The notes beneath the pieces are model-generated. The model was not told the DNA's origin. It did no database searches and saw nothing but the letters and a program-made list of their open reading frames with translations. 64,000 nt of DNA from the human T2T-CHM13v2.0 reference genome, Homo sapiens. The stretch lies in assembly GCF_009914755.1 (NCBI RefSeq), contig NC_060933.1; one strand, 5' to 3'. Positions within the stretch are counted from its first letter, which is position 1. Every line of letters begins with the position of its first letter. Of the stretch, positions 45,831 to 61,922 are shown one piece after another. A program made the position numbers and the translations under genes.

Positions 45831-46847
45831 ATGGGGAAAAAACAGAACAGAAAAACTGGAAACTCTAAAAAGCAGAGCGCCTCTCCTCCTCCAAAGGAAC
45901 ACAGTTCCTCACCAGCAACGGAACAAAGCTGGATGGAGAATGACTTTGACGAGCTGAGAGAAGAAGGCTTCAGACGATCAAATTACTCTGAGCTACGGGA
46001 GGACATTCAAACCAAAGGCAAACAAGTTGAAAACTTTGAAAAAAATTTAGAAGAATGTATAACTAGAATAACCAATACAGAGAAGTGCTTAAAGGAGCTG
46101 ATGGAGCTGAAAATCAAGGCTCGAGAACTACGTGAAGAATGCAGAAGCCTCAGGAGCCGATGCGATCAACTGGAAGAAAGGGTATCAGCGATGGAAGATG
46201 AAATGAATGAAATGAAGCGAGAAGGGAAGTTTAGAGAAAAAAGAATAAAAAGAAATGAGCAAAGCCTGCAAGAAATATGGGACTATGTGAAAAGACCAAA
46301 TCTACGTCTGATTGGTGTACCTGAAAGTGATGGGGAGAATGGAACCAAGTTGGAAAACACTCTGCAGGATATTATCCAGGAGAACTTCCCCAATCTAGCA
46401 AGGCAGGCCAACGTTCAGATTCAGGAAATACAGAGAACGCCACAAAGATACTCCTCGAGAAGAGCAACTCCAAGACACATAATTGTCAGATTCACCAAAG
46501 TTGAAATGAAGGAAAAAATGTTAAGGGCAGCCAGAGAGAAAGGTCGGGTTACCCACAAAGGGAAGCCCATCAGACTAACAGCAGATCTCTTGGCAGAAAC
46601 CCTACAAGCCAGAAGAGAGTGGGGGCCAATATTCAACATTCTTAAAGAAAAGAATTTTCAACCCAGAATTTCATATCCAGCCAAACTAAGCTTCATAAGT
46701 GAAGGAGAAATAAAATACTTTGCAGACAAGCAAATGCTGAGAGATTTTGTCACCACCAGGCCTGCCCTAAAAGAGCTCCTGAAGGAAGCGCTAAACATGG
46801 AAAGGAACAACCGGTACCAGCCGCTGCAAAATCATGCCAAAATGTAA
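45831..46847 (+). CDS. L1 ORF1p, intact 338 aa RNA-binding protein
   Basis: MGKKQNRKTGNSK... full length; REKG, ARR and YPAKLS motifs present. Confidence 0.93.
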   Translation: MGKKQNRKTGNSKKQSASPPPKEHSSSPATEQSWMENDFDELREEGFRRSNYSELREDIQTKGKQVENFEKNLEECITRITNTEKCLKELMELKIKARELREECRSLRSRCDQLEERVSAMEDEMNEMKREGKFREKRIKRNEQSLQEIWDYVKRPNLRLIGVPESDGENGTKLENTLQDIIQENFPNLARQANVQIQEIQRTPQRYSSRRATPRHIIVRFTKVEMKEKMLRAAREKGRVTHKGKPIRLTADLLAETLQARREWGPIFNILKEKNFQPRISYPAKLSFISEGEIKYFADKQMLRDFVTTRPALKELLKEALNMERNNRYQPLQNHAKM

Positions 46848-46910
46848 AGACCATCAAGACTAGGAAGAAACTGCATCAACTAACGAGCAAAATAACCAGC
46901 TAACATCATC

Positions 46911-50730
<3,820 letters not shown>

Positions 50731-51394
50731 ACAATGAGATCACATGGACACAGGAAGGGGAATATCACACTCTGGGGACTATTGTGGGGTGGGGGGAGGG
50801 GGGAGGGATAGCATTGGGAGATATACCTAATGCTAGATGACGATTTAGTGGGTGCAGCGCACCAGCATGGCACATGTATACATATGCAACTAACCTGCAC
50901 AATGTGCACATGTACCCTAGAACTTAAAGTATAATAATAAAAAAAAAATGCCTGGATCCGATGCTATCTTTAAGGGACTTTTTAAGAACAACTGATTTAG
51001 TTTCTTTAATGATTAGTGTACCCTTAAGGTTCTATTGCCTTTTTTTTTAGAACTTGATAGAATTTTTAAAAAGTTGCTCATTTCACCTAGAGTTTCAAAC
51101 TTGCTGGCATAATGTTGTTTACAATAACCTTTTATTATCTTTTAAATCATAATCCCTGTTGAAGTTTTAGTCTGTTTCATTACTGATACTGCTTTTTATC
51201 TTTTTCTCTCTCAGGAAAAAGCCTGCAGAAAAGCTTGCGTTATCAATTTGAAAGTCTTTTCAAAGAACCAACTTTTGGTTTTACTAACCTCTGTTGTAAC
51301 TTTTAAATTTCTGTTGTTATATATTTTCCTTCTTTTTGTTTTTATTGGCTTTTTTTTCTGTTGTTCATTTTCTAACTTTTTAAATGGATGCTTA

Positions 51395-51714
<320 letters not shown>

Positions 51715-52626
51715 TTATCTATTCTTTTGAGCAAAAACTTTGAGGTGAGGGATGGAACCAGGAGGCTGTGTGGGGAAGTGTTTCAGGAAGAGGGAAAGCC
51801 TGAGGCAGGAGTGTCCCTAGTGTGTTAGAAAGAAAAGTGGGAGTGTTAGAAGTGGATGTGGTAGAGTTTCATGAAAAATTTTATGATAAACATGAAAAAT
51901 GCCTTTTCATGTGGTACTTTCCATGCTCAGATATTTATTTGGTATAACAGCTGTAATGAATAGAGAAAACACTGGTCTCAGCCCCTCACTGGTTTTTTTG
52001 ATTGGGGGCTTTTAGATTTCCTTCATATTCAGTTTCTGTATTGATAATTTAGAATTGTCAGGGTTAGATGAGGCAAATGTGACTATACCCACACAGTAGG
52101 TGCAGAGTAAATGTAGTTAAATGTTTCAAATTCAGCATATTTATTAAAGAGTGATTTCTATTCATTTGAGTGCACGCTTCTGTGCTTTGGGCATCCTGAC
52201 CTCTGCTACGCTTGGCAGTGTGCAAACAGCTGTAATCACTATAATCAGTAGTATCCGTGGCCTCTGGAGTCTCATATTTTCCTCCTTCGCTCATTGTTTC
52301 ACTGAGCTGGACTTTACTTGAAATGGTAATTTAATCTTCTTTCTTTGTATGCCATTGAAAACAGTAGTGATTGTTTTCACTGTTGTTAGTCTTAGATGCA
52401 GTGGTACCATCCCACTAAGGAGCACTGTCTTTTTCATACATTTGATCAAGGCATTTCCTGGTTGGGCTGCAATACCCACTATAAACAAAGCCACTTGTTA
52501 AACAAGTGATTACTTGTTTCTTATTGGACTGGTATGGTATTTTGCTATGTTGCTGTCATTTTCTTCCGTTAACCACCATTTCTATTTAACTGCCATCCCA
52601 GTTTTGCCCACTTTTATCCTTTAGGT

Positions 52627-52783
52627 CAGGGTGGGCAAAATTTTTTTGTAAAGGGCTAGATGGTAAATATATCAGGCTTAGCAGGCCACATGTGGTCTTC
52701 ACCATACCTAACCTTTTAGAAATGTGAAAACCATTTTTAGCTTCTGGGTGTGCAAAAACAGACATTGGTCTGGATTGACCCAC
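52627..52783. mobile_element. MER58-like hAT element
   Basis: CAGGGTGGGCAAA...TGTAAAGGGCTAGATGGTAAATAT..CAGGCTTAGCAGGCCACA. Confidence 0.7.
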
Positions 52784-53185
52784 TTCTGTAATTGCCAGGA
52801 TTGATCCCTACTTTAAACCATCCATCTATATATATATTTTTAATATATGGTAAAATGACAGCAAATAGTGCCTTTATTCCAGGTTGAGCTGTACTTTTTT
52901 CCCCCTTGTTGTTTCTTAATTCCTTTTATTTTTCATTACTTCTTCATTTTCTTCACCTTTGTGTTTTCTACCTGTGTTCTCCATGAATCAAGAAATCTGT
53001 TATGCTTAGTGAACGCTTTGTTTTATCCCTTTCCTTAATTACTTAATTCATATCATTTAAAAATGTTTCCCATTCCTTGGGGGCATATTGAAAGGAAAGA
53101 AGCACTTCCCTTTTTTGAATCATCCCTTTTATTACCTTTCTCTCATTTTCCTTTACTAATAGGAATGTACCAGAAAATCTAACGG

Positions 53186-53480
53186 GGCTGAATGTGGTGG
53201 CTCACACCTGTAATCCCAGCACTTTGGGAGGCCGAGGTGGGGGAATCACTTGGGGTCAGGAGTTGGAGACCAGCCTGGCCAACATGGCCAAACCCTGCCT
53301 CTACCAAAAATATAAAAATTAGCCAGGCATGATGGCATGTGCCTGTAATCTTAGCTACTTGGGAGGCTGAGGCAGGCTTGGACCTGGGAGGCGGAGGTTG
53401 CAGTGAGCTGAGATTGTGCCACTGCACTCCAGCCTGAACGACAGAGTGAGACCGTATCTCAAAAAACAAAACAAAACTAA
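53186..53480 (+). mobile_element. AluS
   Basis: Dimer; flanks share AGAAAATCT. Confidence 0.88.
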
Positions 53481-54469
53481 ACTAACAACCACAAAGAAGA
53501 AAATCTGTTAACTTTACCAGATTGCTCTTTGAAATTAATTTTCTCTTCTCCTTTGCCTGATTTGACCCCCTCTATTCTGCTACTCTTTTTCACATTATTT
53601 CACTGCAGCTTACCTGTAGCCATGAGAATAATCATTCTCAAATATTGTTTTTATTATATTACTCCTTTAAAGACAAATATATATTTAGATTTGATATTTA
53701 ATATAGTAATTTGGAATTTGGAGGGTATTTTAACAACCTTCTTTTATTTTGATATATTAAAAAACAATATCTTCTGTGGAAACGAGCATGGGCTCTCTCA
53801 AATGTAGCAGTGTGTATATAGATCAGGCTATGTTTATTAGTGCTAGAAGCGTGTCATTTATTTCAAAAGTAAAACTAATGGTATGTGTATATCAAGACCC
53901 TATTGAGAGAATCTGAAATACTGTTCTTTAGTAGAAAAAAATAGGTTAAATCTTTGAAAGCCCATTTCTAGGGGTAATGTCTTGGAAGTTTTTATGCAGA
54001 CCTTGCCTCATATTGTAGGGCTCAAAAAATTTTTTAAATGAAAGTGGTTATTGCATGATTTTTTCTCCTTTATGCTGAGCCTTGAGGAAGAGGAACTGGG
54101 AACAAAAAAAACGAAGAGAAATATGGCCTTTCCTTGGAAAATTGAGCAGGGAGGTTCACAATTAATTTAATACCTCAAGTTTTGTTTAAGTAATGGGAAA
54201 AGTTTTTGTACATTTGTTTAATATAAAAAGCATTGTCACTAATTTTGGTAATGGGCAAGCCATGATCTTTGAGCCTCTGACCTTTTAGGATTACATTTCT
54301 TTTAAGTCTTCTGTTGATTATTAACTTTATTTCTGAGCACATGCTGAGATTGTTAGTAAGAGCATGCTAAATCTAACCTCTTTTTCTTTTTTGGTAGTGT
54401 GATAAGATTGTGGTACCAGGGCTGAGCCTTAACTGTAATGTATATGAATCTAAGCAAGATAATCATCAA

Positions 54470-55280
54470 TCTGGCTTGGTATACATGACATAGGAAGTCA
54501 GGTCAGATGATAGTTGCAATTCTAGCTGGTTAACAACTTTCCTTAAAAGGTGTTCAGTAATGGATTCATTTTTCTAGAAACATTAAGGTAGGTTTCTTAG
54601 AATATGACATATGGCTATGTTTATTTTGTTCTAGTCAGTGCATTTATTGATGACTTGTCAACATTATGAATATGTCAGTCTGAAGAGATGTTACATGATA
54701 GAATTAGAGTCTAAAAGATTTCAGCATGCTGAGATAGATAATCTAAAATTTGATAGAGATAAATGTGAAGTCCTAACCCTGGGTTTCAGACAATAGTGGT
54801 GACATGTTTTGCAGGCCATACCTACAGAGTTGAGTATATTTAAGAAGTTGAGTATGTGTCTAAAGTTTGATGTGGTTATCAGAGAAGTTAATGCAATCCT
54901 GCCTGTGTTTATGTAAGCATAGTGTCCAGAACAGTTAAGGTAATAGCTTCTCTGTACTGTAGTCCTTGTTTTGTTCTTGGCCTCATATTATGAGATACTG
55001 AATTTGGAGGGTGATGAGGATGATATAACAAATGAATCATTGAATTAACTTCAGGTGAAAACTTATATTCAATATAATGATTATCTTTGAATCTTTAAAT
55101 GATATTTTGGGCTTATTACATGTAGATTCAGAGGCCAGAGTTAGAGTCAATGGGTGGAAATTAATTAGGATGCATGTTTGGGGCTCAGCCCAGGTAATAA
55201 CCACTCACCCATGAGATGTACTGCCTTGGTGAGATAGTAAGCTGTCTATTGCTACAGATGCTCTGGCAGGGGCAATGTAA
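54470..55280 (+). mobile_element. Ancient L3/CR1 LINE fragment
   Basis: Degenerate CR1 motifs (ATTTATTGATGACTTG, GATAAATGTGAAGTCCT, GTTAATGCAATCCT, CAATGGGTGGAAATTA). Confidence 0.6.
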
Positions 55281-55732
55281 CAATAAGGTCACAAATACTG
55301 CTGAGAGGAGCCCTGCACTGAGTGGAAGATCAGAATAGATGGCTTTCTAAAGTCCTTTTCAGCATGGCATTCTTTCAATATTTGTTTAGATACAGAGATA
55401 TTATGACTAAATGTTTGTGCACATGTTTTCACCCACGCATAGTAGATTGTTGTTCTCTGCATTTGTCTGCGCCCCTCCCTTATCCACAACTTTTACCTGA
55501 ACTCACCTTCTGTGATTGGCTAACTTTATTTTCTTTGGTTCTTTCACCTCTTGTTTTCCAGAAATTAAATTTTTGGTACAATATATATTTTTTGACTTTA
55601 GTGAATATTCTTATGAACTAAAATTTTTTTCTGTTTCCTTAATTTTTAAATTATAAAATATATTCAAAAGTGTATGAAAACTAAAATATACACATTTGAT
55701 TGAATGCGCAAAAATGAAATGAGCTTTTGTGA

Positions 55733-56052
<320 letters not shown>

Positions 56053-56073
56053 AGAAACAGAATTTTAGCAGTA

Positions 56074-56185
56074 CAGTCGTCTGTCAGTATTTGGGGGGAA
56101 TTCGTTCTGATACTCCCCTCAAATACCAAAATCTCAGGATGCTCAAAGCCCTGCAGTCGGCCCTGAGGATATGGAAGGCAGACTG
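56074..56185. mobile_element. 112-bp Tigger/MER2/MER8-type MITE
   Basis: Termini CAGTC...GACTG flanked by TA on both sides; internal ATACCAAAATC..GGATGCTCAA. Confidence 0.65.
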
Positions 56186-56607
56186 TACTTCAGGGCCTCC
56201 CATGTCTCTCTCTAATTGCATCTTTCTCTCACCCACATGCTATACTGCATTTTGCAGAAATTATTCCCTTCCTTTCTTTATATTTTATCACATATGATAG
56301 GTCCCTTAATGATCTATAATCTGGCTTTTGATTGCTTTTGTATTTTGTATAAATGGAATCATGCTATATGCATTCTTCTTGATTTTCTCGTGCACAGCAT
56401 TATGTTTTTGAGATTCATTTATGTTGATGCACATAGCTGTAGTTAATTCAGTTTTACTGCTTGTTGAATTTGATTGTTTGCCTGTACCACATTCTTTTAC
56501 AGTCCATTTTACTTTCGACGTTTGGATTATTCCAGTCTTTTGTTTTCATGAATAATACTGCTGTGAATATTCTTTCACATTTTCTGGTATACACGAGTAG
56601 GAGATAT

Positions 56608-56902
56608 TCTTTTTTTTTTTAGACAGAGTTTTGCTCTGTCGCCCAGGCTGGAGTGCACTGGCTCAATCTCAGCTCATCGCAACCTCCACCTCCCAGGTTT
56701 AGGTGATTTTCATGCTTCACAGCCTCCTGAGTAACTGGGATTACAGGTGCCTACCACCATGCCCGGCTAATTTTTGTATTTTAGTAGAGACAGGGTTTCG
56801 CCATGTTGGCCAGGCTGGTCTTGAACTTCTGATCTCAAGTGATCTGCCTGCCTCATCCTCCCAAAGTGCTGGGATTACAGGCATGAACCTTTGAGCCTGG
56901 CC
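56608..56902 (-). mobile_element. AluS
   Basis: Reverse dimer; flanks share GTAGGAGAT. Confidence 0.88.
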
Positions 56903-57020
56903 TGTGTGTAGGAGATTTTCAACGGCCTTGCCTTGTTGTGAAGTTGTTGGGCGTGTGCAAGTCTAGTTTTTCGTCAGAATGCCTGTTTTCCAAAGTTGCT
57001 GTCCCAGTAAGCTTTCCTAC

Positions 57021-58378
57021 TGTGTCCGGAATTGGTGGGTTTTTGGTCTCACCAACTTCAAGAATGAAGCTGTGGACCCTCGCGATGAGTGTTACGGTTC
57101 TTAAAGATGGTATGTCCGGAGTTTGTTCCTTCAGATGTTCAGCTGTGTCTGGAGTTTCTTCCTTCTGGTGGGTTCGTAGTCTTGCTGTCTTCAGGAGTGA
57201 AGCTGCAGACCTTTGCGATGAGTGTTACAGCTCTTAAAGGCAGCGCGTCTGGAGTTGTTCGTTCCTTCTGGTGGGTTTGTGGTCTTGCTGGCTTCAGGAG
57301 TGAAGCTGCAGACCTTCGCGGTGAGTGTTACAGCTCATAAAGGTGGCGCGGACCCAAAGAGTGAGCAGCAGCAAGATTTATTGTGAAGAGTGAAAGAACA
57401 AAGCTTCCACAGCGTGGAAGGGTACCTGAGCGGGTTGCCACTGCTGGCTTAGGCAGCCTGCTTTTATTCCCTTATCTGACCCCACCCACATCCTGCAGAT
57501 TGGTCCATTTTACAGAGAGCTGATTGGTCCGTTTTACAGGGGGCTGATTGGTCCATTTTACATAGCACTGATTGGTCCGTTTTGACAGAGTGCTGATTGC
57601 TGCATTTACAAACCTTTAGCTAGACACAAAAGGTCTCCAAGTCCCCTACCCAATTAGCTACACACAGAGCGCTGATGGGTGTGTTTATAAACCTTTAGCT
57701 AGACAGAGTGCTGATTGGTGCATTTACAAACCTCTAGCTAGACACAGAGTGCTGATTGGTGCGTTTACAAACCTTTAGCTAGACAGAAAAGTTCTCCAAG
57801 TCACCTACCCCATTAGCTAGACACAGAGCGCTGATTGGCACATTTACAATCCTTTAGCTGGACATAAAAGTTCTCCAAGTCCCCACCCGATCTTTAGGTA
57901 GACACAAAAGTTCTCCAAGTCCCCACCGGATTAGCTAGACACAGAGCACTGATTGGTGTGTTTACAAACCTCTAGCTAGACACAGAGTGTTGATTGGTGC
58001 GTTTACAATCCTTTAGCTAGACAGAAAAGTTCTCCAAGTCCCCACCCGACCTAGAAGCCCAGCCGGCTTCACCTCTCAATGGCACTTGCCTCGGGACCTT
58101 GCGGCACCTAGCCTGGGCACTCTGGCAGCCCAGAGGGAGCTTGTTCCCTGATGAAGCCCAGCAGGCACCAGCCGGCCTTGCCAAGTGCCCACCCGTGCCT
58201 CCCCCTCCCCACCTCCCCGCTAGCAGAGGGAGCTGGCTCCGGCCTTGGCCAGCCCCAGAGAGGGGCCCCCACAGTGCAGTGGCAGACTGAAGGGCTCCTC
58301 AAGCAGGGCCAGAGCGGATGTCGAGGCCAAGGAGGTGCTGAGAGCGGGTGAGGGCTGCTAGCACGTTGTCACCTCTCA
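57021..58378 (-). mobile_element. LTR12-family (ERV9) solo LTR, ~1.36 kb
   Basis: Ends TGTGTCCGGAATTGGTGGG... and ...GTCACCTCTCA (reverse complements of the LTR12 termini); 4-bp TSD CTAC at 57017-57020 and 58379-58382; U5 repeats (GAAGCTGCAGACCTTCGCGGTGAGTGTTACAGCTC) and U3 repeats with CTGATTGG (CCAAT) boxes. Confidence 0.93.
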
Positions 58379-59002
58379 CTACCAGCAGAGGATGAGAATT
58401 CCCTTAGCTCCTCATCCTTGCCAGTACTTGGGTTTTGTCCTTGTTTTCGACTTTTGCCAATTTCGTGAGTGTGGATGATATCTCATTGTGATTTTAATTT
58501 TAAGTTTTCTGATTCTTAATGAGGTTGAATATCTTTTCACATATGTTGTTCTTATATGTTTCCTCTTTTATTTCTATTTTTTTGCTCCCCTTTCCCATTG
58601 ATCACATATATTATTTAAAAAATTGATTTGTATTTGTGTATTCTGGATACTACTTATTTGTTGATTATGTGGGCTATGTTTATCTTTTTGTTTGTAACTT
58701 GTCTTCTTATTCTCTTTATGGGGCATTGTTTATTTCAAATTCCTCAGTCTTACGTTTGATCTCCTAAATCTTTATAGTTTTTGACTTTCACATTTAGGTC
58801 TTCAATTCATTATGAATTAAGGAAATCATCAAACAGAAAAGGAGAAAAATGATGGACCTCTACCCATTTATTCATCTTCAAAAGTCTAATTCTGTTACCT
58901 TTTTTTGGGAAGTATTTAAAGCAAATCCCAGCATCAAGTCACCTTACCTGTTAAGATTTCAGTTTTGTTGATATTTTTTCTGCTTGGTATATGAGTTGCT
59001 GA

Positions 59003-59372
<370 letters not shown>

Positions 59373-60610
59373 AGATTTGGCAATTTCTTATTGTGGTTAT
59401 ATCAGTTTTCACTTTATAGGTTTTGAGACTATCTTAAAATGTTTAGAATTATATTATCCTGCTGAATAAAATATTTTTATTATTATGAAGGGATTTTCTT
59501 TAATTCCTATAATCCTTTTTGACCTAAAATCTTTTATATCTGATATTAAATATAACCATACGAGGTTTCTTCTATACCCAGGGTGATGTATCTCTTTCAC
59601 TCTCCTATTATTTTGAACTTTTGGTGTCATCATTTTAACATGTATCTTACAAGCAACATATAGCTGGCTTTTGTATTTTTATCCAGCCAACTACCTTTGT
59701 TATTTAATTGGAAAATGTGGTCAACTTAAATATATTGTGAATACTGATATTTTTTTTCTTATTTTATACTTTTGTCTTGCTTTTCCTTTTTCTTTTTCCT
59801 TTCTTGCCTTTTTTGGATTTTTTTTTTCTCTAGTAGTTTTGAAGTTATGGATTTTCCTTCTTGTAATGGTAACCTCAGCAATTTTAACATGCATATTCAG
59901 CTTATCACAATCTAAATTTCCTTAATGTCACTGTTCTCCTTAAACACTTGAATTTCAATTCCTCCAAACTTGTGTGCTATTGTTATCATCATGTATTTTA
60001 ATTTCCAGCTTAAAAAAATTTAACCACACAGAGCACTGTTGTTCTTATATTACCCATGTATTTAGACCTTTGTTCTTCATTCGTATTTGCATCTCAGACT
60101 TTCCTTAAAGGATCATTTTTCTATTGCCTTTAGAATTTCCTTTACTGACAGTCAGCAGGTGACAAATTTTGTAACTTTTTACTCCTTCCAAGTTACTTTT
60201 ATTTTACCCTTATTCTCAAAATATTTGTCTTAAATAGAATTATGTTCTACCTTAGTGCATAGCAGGTACTATTTCACTTTTAGCTATAAACAATTTGGCT
60301 TCAGTATTGCTTTTGAAAAGTCAGTTTCCCTGTTATTCTTACTTCGCTGAAGGTAATCTTTCTCTTCTTTCTGGCTGCTTTTAAAATATTCTTTTTCTCA
60401 TTATAAAATTCCACTATGATATTTCAGTATGTGGATCCATTTTTAGTAATCCTGTTTGGGATTCATTGGGCTTCTTGGATATTTAGATGAGTATCTTTTT
60501 TAGTTTTAGAAAGTTTGAAGAGAAGTTGCTGAGAATATTTTCCTGCCTCATTTTCTTAACTCCTGGAATGCTAATGAGATTTTTGTTAGATCTTCTGACT
60601 CTTCCATCTC

Positions 60611-60935
<325 letters not shown>

Positions 60936-61292
60936 TAAATATGCACCATGTCTTAGACTCTCTGCTGTGGTCTGGTTAATTTCCTCTGACCTGTCTTCTA
61001 ATTCACTAATTCTCCTTTAGCTTCTCTAATCAGCTGTTAAATCTGCCCATTGCATTTCTTATATCTAGTAATATATTGTTTATTTCTGGAAGTTCTGTTT
61101 GGTTCTTTTAAAAATCGATTTGTTCTCCTCATGGTGTTCTATTACTTTGTTGTGGGTATGTGACTGAATGTGTCTCTGTGGGCTGAGCTGCATATTTTTC
61201 TCAGAATTGTATCTGTGGAAAATCATTTAGGTCTAGGATGAAATTGAGTTTCTCCAGAGAAGATTGCATCTGCTTCTGTCATTTGCCTACAG

Positions 61293-61396
61293 CAGGGGTG
61301 TGTCCAATCATTTGACTTCCCTGGGCCACATTGGAAGAAGAATAATTGTCTTGGGCTGCACATAAAATAAACTAACACTAACATAGCTGATGAAGT

Positions 61397-61446
<50 letters not shown>

Positions 61447-61529
61447 TCTCATAATGTTTTAAGAAAGTTTATTAATTTGTGTTGGGCTGCATTCAAAGCC
61501 ATCCTGGGCTGTGGGTTGGACAAGCTTGG
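61293..61529. mobile_element. MER30 hAT element carrying a (CA)n microsatellite at ~61400-61444
   Basis: CAGGGGTGTGTCCAATC..TTGACTTCCCTGGGCCACATTGGAAGAAGAA...GGGTTGGACAAGCTTG. Confidence 0.85.
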
Positions 61530-61833
61530 CCTAGAGCCTCTTCTAGTCCTTGACCCCTTAAAATTAATTCTGGGTTTGAGATTTTTCAAAACAACCAAGT
61601 AGTATTTTAAGTTGTAATTAAAACTTAATTACAGCCCTGTGTGAGGGCTGGCTTGTGGCTTTGAATTCTCAGGGGAGCTGGTTTTCTTTTTGTTTTTCAA
61701 AGTTATGGGTCAGTGCAACCTTTTTAATTTTTTAAATAGTCCCTTTGGAATATGACAGCTCATTTCCAGTTTACCTTCATGCTGATATATATATATATAT
61801 ATATATAACTTTTTTAGGGTCTCCAGACTCCCT

Positions 61834-61921
61834 ACCTTAGGTGGGTCAGTGTTCTTTGTCTCATGTTCCCAGAGGCCACCTTAGGTGGATCAGTGTTATT
61901 TGTCTCCTGTTCCCAGAGGCC
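61834..61921. repeat. 2 x 44-bp tandem duplication
   Basis: ACCTTAGGTGG(G/A)TCAGTGTT(C/A)TTTGTCTC(A/C)TGTTCCCAGAGGCC twice, 3 mismatches. Confidence 0.92.
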
Positions 61922-61922
61922 T

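Noticed and set aside
52000-52600. Repeat-free stretch as an enhancer or ncRNA
   Set aside because: No motif cluster or structure I can support without conservation or chromatin data.
57500-58050. Repeated ~40-80 bp units resembling a CRISPR array or novel repeat system
   Set aside because: They are the U3 tandem subrepeats of the LTR12 element; there are no unique spacers or cas genes and the context is primate.
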